Shown one piece after another: positions 45,778 to 56,600 of a stretch of DNA of 64,000 nucleotides. Position numbers and translations under genes: made by a program. Location: the IMG/VR virus record IMGVR_UViG_3300020430_000008, positions 1 to 64,000 of that record, one strand, 5' to 3'. A model generated the notes under the pieces. That model saw nothing but the letters and a program-made list of their open reading frames with translations. It did not search any database and was not told the DNA's origin. How positions within the stretch are numbered: the first letter of the stretch is position 1; each line of letters starts with the position of its first letter. The stretch comes from a virus.

Positions 45778-48700
45778 TTAACGCCTGTGTTTGGAGTGAC
45801 CAGCAGTATTGTCCTTTGTCTTAGTCCTTACGCCGGTTTCCTTGTCCACCACATCTCCACCTTCGATTTCGGTCGTTGATTTCTTATGCTTCTGATTAAA
45901 CTGAATATTCAAATCTGCCGACTTTCCTGTTGTAGTGGAAGTGATGCGAACTTTGTACTTCTTGCCCCAGATGTTGGTATCTGCAGCACCTAACTGAATG
46001 GCTCCGTTTGCTGCGTCAAACGCAGATGTAGCCTCTGTATTAGTAATTAGTACCTGCTGAACCGTTGGGGCAATTTTAATATACTTGTTGAAATATTTCT
46101 TATTCGTTCTTGGAATAGGGTCTTTGAAGATGTACTCCTTAATCAACGGATAGATAACCTCTTTTTGTTTGACCATCTCAACCTCAAAAACGGGAGATGG
46201 ATTAGAGAAGTTGCCGTGTACATCGACTTGGCGAATCATATAGTAATACTTTCTGTTGGGCGCAATAATGTCAACCATGCTGGCAGAGTCTCCATACTTT
46301 GGCATGATGTCACTAGCAGGATAAGTTGACTTCTCACTTGGAATTCTTGTTGTCACCCTCGCATACAACTGACCGTCGAAATCCTTATAACTGTATGGCG
46401 CTTTCGTAAGGCGGTAAACCTCAAAAAACTCAGGACGGTCATCAGATTCATACAATAAGTTTTCGCCGGGTAGAATCTCATTCTTCTGATATTTGCGCTG
46501 CAGATTGACTGCCTGCTCTTCGGTCATTGCAAAGTTAGGACCGTACGCTTTGCGATCAGAGTTAATCATGATTGTCGGCATTTGCGAACGTCCCACGCTA
46601 CCCTTGAAAACACAAAGAATCTTGTGATCGATACCCTTGTATGGCACGAACTCTACCTCTGGCACGATAGGTGCGCTGTCAAACATCATGATTGACTCTG
46701 CGTGAATACGAGTTTTAACAATCTTCAAAGCTGGTGTGTACCAAACTGCCTGAGAATATGGACTGTCTTGGAACGTCATCGTTTTTAAGCTTTGATCGTT
46801 TGCCTTCAACATGCTAGACAGCTTATCTGTAGATTTGATAAGCGGGCTCATGTCGAGACTTCTGTTGCCGATGTCGTAACGGGTGCCGATAACAAGCGTG
46901 TGAGCAAAAATTTCATACACATACTCTTTGCCATAATGCACTTGAGTGTCCATGAAGTTAATGTTTGTAATGTCTGTCGAGTTGGCGAACCAGAAATTTT
47001 GAACGAATCGACCGTTGCGATCACGGGCATCGCGTACGCTCTTTCTAACTTGGTACACGACAGTTTCAGCATATGCAGTTTCACCCTTGAGGATCTGTTC
47101 GTAGCTGCGAACATAATCTGATACCATGTCTTTGATTTTGCCTAAAGCAATGATAGTTTTGATTTGCTTTTCTAATGTGTTGACCATCCCATCGCCAGCG
47201 ATTACAGAAGCATGCGCGTGCAGGCGACCAGTCATCTTTTGTGTGTCCTGTTCGTCATTTAAAAGCTTATACAGCCATGTCTCTACGTCGAAAACTCTTC
47301 GCTTCATGGGCGCAATATCTTGTTTTTGATTCATGCTAATGCCGCCATCAGATCGATGTACAACATGCATCTTTGGCTGACCTTCAAAGATAGACTTTAT
47401 ACTGGAGCGTTTGGGTCTTTTCTTTCGCGGTACGTCTTGTAACAAAGGCACGTTGCCAGTTTCAGAAGCAATAAGTGAATCAATCAAATCCGGCATAAGA
47501 CCAGCAAAGTCAATAAAATCAGAGAACATAGCAAACTGGTCTGCTGTGAAGTTGATGTCTGCATACATTGGATAGTTTTCTCTATTTCTGTCAGTGTCTG
47601 AAATGAGTCTTCCGTAGTCTCCGCTGAAAACAAGATTTCTCATTTTATCAGCAGCATATGCTGCAGCGGGACTGGAGCGCAAAATGCGACCAAGCACTTG
47701 CCGTGTTGAAGCGGCATCAGCTAAATCATCCAAACTCTTGGGTATGCCTCTCGACTGACTGTCAGATGCTGCTTTCGCAACTCTGGAAAGCACTGAGCCG
47801 AATTCATGCCAGTACATGCTGGAAATCGTCATAGCCTCTGCAGCATCGGCATCTCTCTTTTTCTTTCTGCCGATTAAGTTGCCCGCAGTTGCAGATTTGA
47901 TAGCTCCACCAAGCGTAACATTGTCGTTGGCAATCTTGATAGTCTCTGGATCTCCCAGTTCTGAATCTGCCGCAGTTTGTAGAAGCATGCACGGCAGAAG
48001 CAGTTCTGGTGCGTGCTTTGAAAACTTTTCGTAAAGCATAGAGTAGAAATTGTACTCGGAAGCACAACTTGCATATGCGGTGGTGCCGTCAAAAGACATC
48101 ACTTGCGACTCAAGCATGTTGAATGGCGCGTTAACGTATGTGGAGAAATCTTCATAAGCAGCGTCACTAGCTGCAACAGTCCTTGCGTTCTTGCCAATAA
48201 AGTTTCTCATAAGATGCCATGCATATACAGAACCTTCCTTCTGGAACTCAGACCCTACTTGCGTCTTTTTGATCTGCTCTCCGTATTTTGGGTTTTGTGC
48301 CATCTCATCTGCCTTGGCAATCTGCTCGGGAGTTAAGCCGGTAAGCGTCAAATAATATTGATTGAACGCGCTCTCAATCGGTAAAAGTTTAATATTTTGC
48401 TGGTATACTGGAAACAAGCCTGATTGAACGACCCCGCCGTTTTTGCTGTCGCGCCACTTTGTCATCTTATCCTCGACTGCATCAGGGATAACTCCGTCAC
48501 CAGTTTTGGCAACATGATCCGAAAACACGATATCGAATGGGACTGACTTATACACTTCATCATCAGCCTCTTGCGACATAGCGCCAGAGCAAAAAATCAT
48601 CTTAGTGTCTGGCTGCGCGCCCTGCACAGACCACACACGATTTGACAATGTGCGAATCGGATCGATAGGGGTTAACCTTCCCTCTCCAAGCTCCTTGTCC

Positions 48701-48921
48701 TCTAGAAATTTATCTGAGCGTTGTAGTGTGTTGAAGAAGTCCATTGTCTCTTTTTGACGACTTGTAGAATCAAGCGTAGTTCCGCGCTTAGACTGCTTCT
48801 GTTCTGATGGCTTGCGAGCGCGCATCTTGTCGGCATGTGATTTGAAACGATTATTTCTTGCAGCGTATGTAATGCCATATGCGGCAGTTGAAATTACATA
48901 TTGCTTTTTTCCGTTTGCCAT
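45778..48921 (-). CDS. Large hypothetical virion protein (possible C-terminal Ig/FN3-like folds)
   Basis: 1,047 aa with FMDTQVHYGKEYVYEIFA and IAPNRKYYYMIRQVDVHGNFSNPS FN3-like strands. Confidence 0.6.
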   Translation of the reverse strand: MANGKKQYVISTAAYGITYAARNNRFKSHADKMRARKPSEQKQSKRGTTLDSTSRQKETMDFFNTLQRSDKFLEDKELGEGRLTPIDPIRTLSNRVWSVQGAQPDTKMIFCSGAMSQEADDEVYKSVPFDIVFSDHVAKTGDGVIPDAVEDKMTKWRDSKNGGVVQSGLFPVYQQNIKLLPIESAFNQYYLTLTGLTPEQIAKADEMAQNPKYGEQIKKTQVGSEFQKEGSVYAWHLMRNFIGKNARTVAASDAAYEDFSTYVNAPFNMLESQVMSFDGTTAYASCASEYNFYSMLYEKFSKHAPELLLPCMLLQTAADSELGDPETIKIANDNVTLGGAIKSATAGNLIGRKKKRDADAAEAMTISSMYWHEFGSVLSRVAKAASDSQSRGIPKSLDDLADAASTRQVLGRILRSSPAAAYAADKMRNLVFSGDYGRLISDTDRNRENYPMYADINFTADQFAMFSDFIDFAGLMPDLIDSLIASETGNVPLLQDVPRKKRPKRSSIKSIFEGQPKMHVVHRSDGGISMNQKQDIAPMKRRVFDVETWLYKLLNDEQDTQKMTGRLHAHASVIAGDGMVNTLEKQIKTIIALGKIKDMVSDYVRSYEQILKGETAYAETVVYQVRKSVRDARDRNGRFVQNFWFANSTDITNINFMDTQVHYGKEYVYEIFAHTLVIGTRYDIGNRSLDMSPLIKSTDKLSSMLKANDQSLKTMTFQDSPYSQAVWYTPALKIVKTRIHAESIMMFDSAPIVPEVEFVPYKGIDHKILCVFKGSVGRSQMPTIMINSDRKAYGPNFAMTEEQAVNLQRKYQKNEILPGENLLYESDDRPEFFEVYRLTKAPYSYKDFDGQLYARVTTRIPSEKSTYPASDIMPKYGDSASMVDIIAPNRKYYYMIRQVDVHGNFSNPSPVFEVEMVKQKEVIYPLIKEYIFKDPIPRTNKKYFNKYIKIAPTVQQVLITNTEATSAFDAANGAIQLGAADTNIWGKKYKVRITSTTTGKSADLNIQFNQKHKKSTTEIEGGDVVDKETGVRTKTKDNTAGHSKHRR

Positions 48922-51900
48922 TAGTACTTCAATCCTTCTCTAATAACTTGTGTTGCTGGGTTGACAAATCCCATCTTGCGTCTGATACCTGAAAGTGGCT
49001 TGTCGTTGTTGCCGACTAATAAAAATGTGTTATTCCAAATCGGCATCTGTAGTGCCTTTGGAAATGCGATGCGAAGTGTCTCGTTGTTGTACGGACGCAA
49101 TCGACATAAGATTTGTTGCCCTTCTGCTCTGTGTAGATCTCTGACGACATCTCCAGTTAGGGGTGCCCAGATTTCAGAACCAATAGTCTTATCATATTTA
49201 GGCTTTAAGTTGGATTCTCTATAGCCGACCAAATATTCTACACGTACATTCAACATAAAGTAAAGTTGATATATCGTGTTGACAACTGGGTGATTCCAAT
49301 ACTCTGATCCTACTCTGCCCTTGATGCTTGCATTGACATTTGACGTTGGTGCCAAGCTCCAGCCAGCGGCTTGAATACTGATCGGCAACGTGCTAAGGAT
49401 TCTATTTGCGATAGTCTCAAACGATGCGGAATCATAGCCACCTGCCGCAAGAGCAGCCTCAACCAAATACATGATAACAGCTTGCGGAGTGAAGTTGGCT
49501 TCTGTAGAGCGCGCAGGATTCTTCTCTGTAGAGTGCATAAAGTCTCTTTTAGTGTTGATCACAAGCTGTGTCAAGAATTCTGTTTCTTCCGACTTCTCAA
49601 AACCGGCAGCAAGGTTAGTAAATGCGTCTAAAAGTTCTTCGCCTGTCTGTTGTGCAGCCCATTCCGAAGTTGCCATGGCAGAAGGGAATACGTTAAGATA
49701 ATCAATCTCTTCGTCCTCTGCTGCATTCTGATTAAGAGCAAGTCCTATAGCTGTAGGTGATGCAGAGATGGCTTCGTCAGCCCCAAATGATAATCTTGAA
49801 TTAGAGTTTTGTTGCAACGTTACGCCGCGCAGAGCATTTCCATATTCTTCGCCAGTCATCAGTGTCAAACCAAACTCAGGAGCAATTGCCTGACCAACAC
49901 GCTGCTTTGAATCAATCGTCAAAACGCGAGTAGTGCCGGCTTTTCTATTTGATCCCATCCACTGCACGACGCTCTTGAAAGCTTCTTTCATCTCGACTCT
50001 TTCTGAGAATGTGCCATCATAGCTTCTAAGCGTCTGCAGATTCACAGTGTTTTCCGGCGTCAGCATGTTCACAGATTGCGCCGACAAGCACTTGAACGAT
50101 GCGTCTACGTTGGGCGCAGCGGTAGGCGAAGTGAAGTACTTTACAACCTCGCTTTCTGCTCTGGAAAGGTAGTCAGTAGTTGACACCATGCCGATAGATG
50201 TGGTTGAACCACCCGACGACATGTTCAAAAACGAAGCTCCGGTAGACGGCGGGGCATCAGCATTGAATGCGTCGTTGCTAAACCACGTCTGATAGGTCAC
50301 AGTGCGGTTTGTAACGCCAGAACCACCGTTGGGTGTGTTTGGGTTTGACGCTGCTGATGAGTTAGTTGTAGGCGGCTCTGACGATATCAGACTTTCAACA
50401 ATCTTAATGTAAATCTCTAATGTCTCGATTACAGCATTGATACCGCGTGGCGTACCAGAGTTTGGATTGCACACGCTTGTCATGTTGTCTCTAATCTTTT
50501 TCTTTGCAGTATCGCTCATGTTGTCGTTTGAAATCAAATCAAGCAACTCAACAAATGCACGGGGTGCTCGACGCCATGGACGTGTACGAGCATATCGACG
50601 TGCTGCAAATCTTCTGAAATCGGTTGTGAATCTGTTGATGGTTGGATCGTAAAAGCCGACTTGCGTTTGCTTTGGTGAGTTGGTGTTTGCAGTGGATACG
50701 CCTGCTACAATATTGACAACTGCTTCTGCCTTATTTGTTTGTTGATCCATTCTCTTGTTGCCGACGTGCGGATCTTTATAAGTCTGCTGATAACGGTTGA
50801 CAACGGGAATCTGCGAAAATACCTCGTACTCTTTCAAGCGTGCAACGTGCCGCCTCAAGATACGCAGTTGGTTTCCAATATAAACTGGCACGTAATCTCT
50901 CATGGTGATTTCTACACCGTATTGGTAAATGCCATCGGTTTGTCTTTTGACGCTGATGTCTTTGCCTGTGAAATGGCGAACTCTAAAGTCTTTGCCGTTG
51001 GTCGCGTTCGTCTTAAGTTCGATCTCACGAATGCCTGCGCTGTTGGTTCTGCCATCTTCTGTGGGGGCTCCGGTTTTTTTCTGGATGATTCTGCGTGTTG
51101 ATTGGAGTTTGCCAGATCTCTTCTTGGCTCTGCTGCTAACAATAACGTCCTCTCTTTCTTCGTTAGAAAAAGGCTCGTAAACGCTCGGATATCCTCTGGC
51201 GTAGGAGCCTTGCTTAAAGTGCTTGACTCTCCTTCTCAGAATCTTGATTTCTTCAATAGTGCATTTCTTAAGCACATCGTCTGCAATATCGTCAGCGACA
51301 TTATCAAAGAATCTGCCGTAAACAGAGTTGTCTTTCATAAAGTCAAGCTGACTGAAAGCAAAAAGAAAACCACAAGTACGGTTTGGCATTATCGAAAGAT
51401 GGATGTCGCTGAAATACTTGTGTTTGTATGCGGGTAAAGTTGTAAAGTTTTGTGCGGTCCCAGAAGCCAACTCATCGAGCATATTAATTTGTGATAAGTC
51501 TACTGAATGTGCAGGTACAACATTATTAACATCTCTGAAATCTGAGATTCTGCTATCGCCGCTAAGTTCACCGTCTGCTAAGGCAGTGATCCATTCACCA
51601 TTATTAGCATACTGGTTGGCAGTCATGTTGACTGTATTGGTGGTAAGACCGTTATCTTCTAGCAGCTTCTCGATATCAATGTACGAACAGATGTAGTAGG
51701 CTGCGTGACTGGGTGACGAACTGTCGATTTCAAACTGAAACTTAGCAGGAAACTCGTAGATAGTGTCGCCGTTAGTATCGATGCTAGAGTAGCCAGCAAG
51801 CATGAGATCTTGTTCTGTGATTGCCTCACCCGATGTGCTGCTGTCAATTGAGTTTACAATGTCTTGTGCGGATCTGATATCGAACGTAATGTCGCTTTTT

Positions 51901-52481
51901 GATTTAATAAGGTTTCCGACGCCGGGAATATTCTGCTTCTTTGCTTGAGCCAATAGCTCTTCTTTTGAAATCTTGTTTGCCAAATAAGCGTGAGCAATTT
52001 GCATAACCGGACCAGTTGCCTTACCGATGAGAGTACGGTATGTATTAACGGCGCGCTTGCTCTTGAACTGAATGCCGATGATGAAAAGATACTTTGTGAT
52101 GTCTCCGCTCATGAACCACTGTCCAGCAACGTCTTCACGATCTAAAGTGTCTTTCAGTGCAACATCAAGGGTAACCATGGTAGTTTCCTTGTTGCTCGTT
52201 GCCATGCCCATGGCTGCGCCAATTTCTCCAAGCTGAGCGCCGCTATAAGACACACTGCCAAGGTCGGCACCAAACTGCTTCATAAGCGCTTCAAACTGTG
52301 CTCCACCTTCTGCGCCCATTGTTGCTTGAAGCTCGGCGCGCTTATAGACTGGCACAGTTTCTTCGACAATGTGCGGGTTTGATTCAAGCAATACAGTGCC
52401 ACCAACAGTCTCAATTGTAAGAACTTTGATGACTGATGAAGGAATCAGATCCTTGAGGAAATTCATGTCATTAGAAGCCAT
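48921..52481 (-). CDS. Large hypothetical protein (probable baseplate component)
   Basis: 1,186-aa ORF coupled to both neighbours by 1-nt overlaps. Confidence 0.65.
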   Translation of the reverse strand: MASNDMNFLKDLIPSSVIKVLTIETVGGTVLLESNPHIVEETVPVYKRAELQATMGAEGGAQFEALMKQFGADLGSVSYSGAQLGEIGAAMGMATSNKETTMVTLDVALKDTLDREDVAGQWFMSGDITKYLFIIGIQFKSKRAVNTYRTLIGKATGPVMQIAHAYLANKISKEELLAQAKKQNIPGVGNLIKSKSDITFDIRSAQDIVNSIDSSTSGEAITEQDLMLAGYSSIDTNGDTIYEFPAKFQFEIDSSSPSHAAYYICSYIDIEKLLEDNGLTTNTVNMTANQYANNGEWITALADGELSGDSRISDFRDVNNVVPAHSVDLSQINMLDELASGTAQNFTTLPAYKHKYFSDIHLSIMPNRTCGFLFAFSQLDFMKDNSVYGRFFDNVADDIADDVLKKCTIEEIKILRRRVKHFKQGSYARGYPSVYEPFSNEEREDVIVSSRAKKRSGKLQSTRRIIQKKTGAPTEDGRTNSAGIREIELKTNATNGKDFRVRHFTGKDISVKRQTDGIYQYGVEITMRDYVPVYIGNQLRILRRHVARLKEYEVFSQIPVVNRYQQTYKDPHVGNKRMDQQTNKAEAVVNIVAGVSTANTNSPKQTQVGFYDPTINRFTTDFRRFAARRYARTRPWRRAPRAFVELLDLISNDNMSDTAKKKIRDNMTSVCNPNSGTPRGINAVIETLEIYIKIVESLISSEPPTTNSSAASNPNTPNGGSGVTNRTVTYQTWFSNDAFNADAPPSTGASFLNMSSGGSTTSIGMVSTTDYLSRAESEVVKYFTSPTAAPNVDASFKCLSAQSVNMLTPENTVNLQTLRSYDGTFSERVEMKEAFKSVVQWMGSNRKAGTTRVLTIDSKQRVGQAIAPEFGLTLMTGEEYGNALRGVTLQQNSNSRLSFGADEAISASPTAIGLALNQNAAEDEEIDYLNVFPSAMATSEWAAQQTGEELLDAFTNLAAGFEKSEETEFLTQLVINTKRDFMHSTEKNPARSTEANFTPQAVIMYLVEAALAAGGYDSASFETIANRILSTLPISIQAAGWSLAPTSNVNASIKGRVGSEYWNHPVVNTIYQLYFMLNVRVEYLVGYRESNLKPKYDKTIGSEIWAPLTGDVVRDLHRAEGQQILCRLRPYNNETLRIAFPKALQMPIWNNTFLLVGNNDKPLSGIRRKMGFVNPATQVIREGLKY

Positions 52482-53614
52482 TATTCACATTCCTCGCACA
52501 GCGAACCAAGCAGGTCAATGTCATCTGTATTATACAACACTGAGCCGGGATCTTCAACTGCGTCATAGCAATCTAATACCCTTGTCCACTCTCTTCTTGT
52601 TCTGTCATCAGTTGCGACATAGTTGCAAACTGTTGAGTCGTCGATCTCTTCATCGGCTTGAACGTCCATAAAATATTCAACATATGTGTCATCCAACAAC
52701 GCAAGATTGTATTGTGGGATTTCCGAAGGGTCGAGCAAAATGTTGTCCACGATTTCTTCTCCGTACTTCACAAAACTCATTCTTGTCAGCGTCTGTCCGG
52801 TTCTGTCTCTGGGCTGCATTGTTTCGTCTTCTTCGACTTCCCACACTTCAACATAAAACTGGTCAACCGATCTGGCAGAGTTCATTTCGTTGACTTCTAA
52901 AACTAAGTAGTTATCATCAACAACTATATATGTGCCGTCAGGATAATATGTTGTAAGGTACATGTCGCGAGGCAAGCCCGTACCGGGAAGCGCTTCGCCT
53001 TTGACATCATCGTCAAACTCGGTCGCGGGATGATTCAGCCCCTCTTCCCATGCAGCAGGATCAACACCAGTTTCAGATTTATGAATCTCTGTTGTGTAAT
53101 CAATATGCACTTCAAGTTGCGGGATTTTTGTAATGTTCTCGTAAGAACTGCTAGCGTATGCCATGCTAGCCGTAAACTCGTTCTTGAGCGCTTTGATTTC
53201 CCATGCAGGCGCGTACAACATCTTCTCAGACACAATAGTGGAGTTACCCAATGGAAGCATATAAGGCGCGCGAGTCACGCTGGAGCGTATCGCGGTTGCG
53301 TATGCATCTTGAGCGCCAACGCCAAACTGTGCATTCTGAGGCGTGTTGTTTTTGACAGCGCGGGTCAGCTTCTTTACTTGCTTTTCAAGGTCGGAATGCG
53401 AAGTTTGAGCGCGCATTGATGGAGTTTCTTCTTGGATTCTCGCCTCTGCAGCACCAGAAATTTCAGGATTGCCTGCGTATCTGTTGTCATAAATAATGTC
53501 TTCATCAAAGAAGGCGTAGAATGTAGGCTTCCACTCGCCTCTGGAAAGTTTGTATTTCCCATATGACGTTAGGATAATCTCGACTACCTCTTCCTTCTTA
53601 TCAAAAAACGACAT
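52481..53614 (-). CDS. Structural protein with an N-terminus similar to 44746-45699
   Basis: EIILTSYGKYKLSRGEWKPTFYAFFDEDIIYD. Confidence 0.6.
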   Translation of the reverse strand: MSFFDKKEEVVEIILTSYGKYKLSRGEWKPTFYAFFDEDIIYDNRYAGNPEISGAAEARIQEETPSMRAQTSHSDLEKQVKKLTRAVKNNTPQNAQFGVGAQDAYATAIRSSVTRAPYMLPLGNSTIVSEKMLYAPAWEIKALKNEFTASMAYASSSYENITKIPQLEVHIDYTTEIHKSETGVDPAAWEEGLNHPATEFDDDVKGEALPGTGLPRDMYLTTYYPDGTYIVVDDNYLVLEVNEMNSARSVDQFYVEVWEVEEDETMQPRDRTGQTLTRMSFVKYGEEIVDNILLDPSEIPQYNLALLDDTYVEYFMDVQADEEIDDSTVCNYVATDDRTRREWTRVLDCYDAVEDPGSVLYNTDDIDLLGSLCEECE

Positions 53615-53616
53615 TA

Positions 53617-56600
53617 TTAATAACCTCCCCTAGTCGGTCCTGATAACGTAGGACCGCTGGATGGCGTGACTCCTGCCGCTGGGCTGGGTGTGCCATAAGT
53701 CGCGGAGATTGCTGCCGTCGCCATCGATGTGGTTGCGTTTCTTGCCGCTGTTCTGACAGTTGTTTCGGAGATGGAAATAATGCTCATGCTTGTGGATGAT
53801 CTCAAGCTGAGGTCTGCGATAGATGATGCTCTGGTTCCTAACTCAAGGCGCTCATTAAGCTCTTGAAGTTGAATGTTTTCGATAAGTTTTTTGTTTCGTA
53901 AAGTAACAGACATGTCAATCTTGGCAGTCTCAACGAGCGAGAAGAAGTCGTATGGCCAGTTGTAACTATACTCTGTTGCTCTTCTTGCCTCTCCTGCCTT
54001 GAACTTGAACTTAAATCTATCGTCATCAAGGCTATCTGTTGTTTGTGCAAAATAGTTAATTTCGGCGCGCTGCTTAACCTTGAAGACCATAAACCTAAGC
54101 TGATTTGGCAAATCACCACCGTCTTCTGCTGCCGCCCCAAGAAGTTCCAACACATTAAGCTTGTGAGAAACTTGCTTAGTAACTTGCTTCATGATCTTGC
54201 CAGAATCGGGATACAGCCCCTGCCACATGTCAGCAAGATCTTGAGCAGAAAACTCATGTTCATACTCAAAAATGTACATTGCGTATGGCTTGGCTGTGGT
54301 TGTTCTGGTAAAGTCGAGGTGAGGTGGGATGATGTAATCTTGCATGAGCGTGATTTGGCGTAACACGGAAGCACCTAAGTTGACCTGCAAACCACTTACC
54401 GGAGAAACCGCTGTGCCCTCTAAACCTCTCAGCTTCTCAAGCGATGCCCAGTATGCGGTGTTCGAGAAATCGTTACGACCGAAGTAGCGATCAATCTGAT
54501 CTCTATTAAGCTCCACAAATCGACGGCGGCTTCTGTTTGGACCAGCCATGACATAAGGCATTACGATAACCGCTTCTTTAACCTTTTTAGTTTCTGCAAC
54601 TTGTCCAAGCTTTTTGGCACCGATATTGAAACCAACCAAACTACCAAGGGATCTTGTTAATGCCGGGACACCAGCGCGTGGCAAGAACTTGCCAGAAGGT
54701 ACAGTTCTTGGGGAGTTTAGTGCTGCTTCAAGATCGGGGAATTTTGCCATAATCTTTTCTGAACTGAAATAGTCAAGAGTGGAGTCTGTGCCAGCATGAG
54801 TAACTGAGCCGCCGCCGCCATTCGGGTGACGATAAAGATTATCAGCATAACGAAGGTTGGCAATGTGAACCGGATTGGTATACCAAAGCTTGATCGGGTC
54901 CATTCTTTCGATCTCTTCGTTATGGGTGCTTCCTTGTGCATAGCCCATCATTCCCAATGGATAAATATCTTGCAGATCTCCCGCTTCCGTAGCATCTGAT
55001 GCAACCGTGTCATTGTGGAACCCGAATACGTTAGATTTGTTAGATGCACTACCTGCCGCTTCTCCATAGTAATCAGAGGCATAGCGCTGATATGAGGTTT
55101 CTCCGTGTGTGTATCCAGAATATGCGAAGTTCGTATTCGGATAACGGGGGTGATTGCCACTCAAGGGACTGTCAATGGACCTAGCGTATCTTTCATATCT
55201 AGGAGCAATTGCTTTTTCAAAATTACCATCTGCGTCAACACCGTAAATGCCTTCCGAGCCGGTGTAACCGCAAATGATTTCAGCGCGCCCGACGCCAATA
55301 GAGTTAGAAAGTGGAACTTGGTAGTCAGCAGCACCTGCTTCAAAGCCGTTAGCGGGAAGACCGCGACCGGTACCCGGACCCTTATGTGTAACAGTGTTAA
55401 GGTGTGTGTTGTGTGAGCCCGTGTTCTCAAAGTAATAAACAGAATAGCCAATTTTACACGTCTGGTAGGGGTGCGTATTCATAAGTTGGTGAGTGTATAA
55501 AGTTGCACCCAAAGCATCTCCAAAAGAGCCGGTACTAATATTATTTGAGAAGTGTGGCGGATTCGGAATCACACCGCGCTTGTTTTTGTGAAGCTCGCTT
55601 TGGTACGACGCTGCAAGATTCTTTTTATCGACATTGGGGTTGTTTGGAACATCAAACTTCCATTGTGTGTAATAGTTTCGGAATGGAATTCCCATAAGTT
55701 GTATTGCCCTGTTTGCATCTTCTGAGTAAGTGCTTGGCAGTTTTCCAATGCCCATGAGCTTTTGTCTAAGAGAGGAAGTGCCGGGATAGCCTCTGTTCAA
55801 GTAAGTCATCTGATCGGCATGAGCGGGTGGTCCGTACTCGCCATCACCATGTACAACGTTGTCACCGCCGGCATGCGCGGAGCCTGACATAATGTTAGAG
55901 CCTGTAACGCTTGCGTCAATATAAAACCCTCTTTCAAATGCAGGCATGTTGCTGCCAGAAAGACCGGGCGTAGAAGCATTTGGATGAAGCGTCACTCCCC
56001 ATGTAGTATCCAAAATAGTGCCGTCGTCCGCAGAAAGAATTTGCAAGTGTGTGTGATCTGCAATGATGCCAGCTAACGAACCAGTAGACATAAGACGCCA
56101 TCTCATATACTGTTGGCGACCACCTCGTTCAAGTGTACCATCGGCTACCTTGTCTGGGAATCTGATCGTATCTCTGCCCACAACATACGCTTGTTCTGAA
56201 CCTGAGAAAGAGCCACTTTGTCTGTAGCCCATTCCCAACAACAGCCTCTTACTAGCTGAACCGCCGTTAACGATGGAATCCGTGAATGTGCCCGATTGAT
56301 GACCGTCCCAGTCCAAGCCGCCACGATATATGACCGGATCTCCTGAGCCATCGGCACCATCACCCCACTTGACAATGTTAGCACCGGCTCCAGCGTTGAA
56401 ATCAGGCGAGCCTGTGATGTGTAGCCATTTCGGATTAGGAATGGTCATCTCTGTGCCGTTTTGCAGATAACTCAATGGAATGTCAGAAACTTCTAAGTAG
56501 ATTCCCTGTGATGCAGATGGGATCTCGCCGTATTGATGCCACATTCCGATAGGCTCGCACAAGCCAGCATAACCATGATGATAACCGTTTGATTCAGAAA

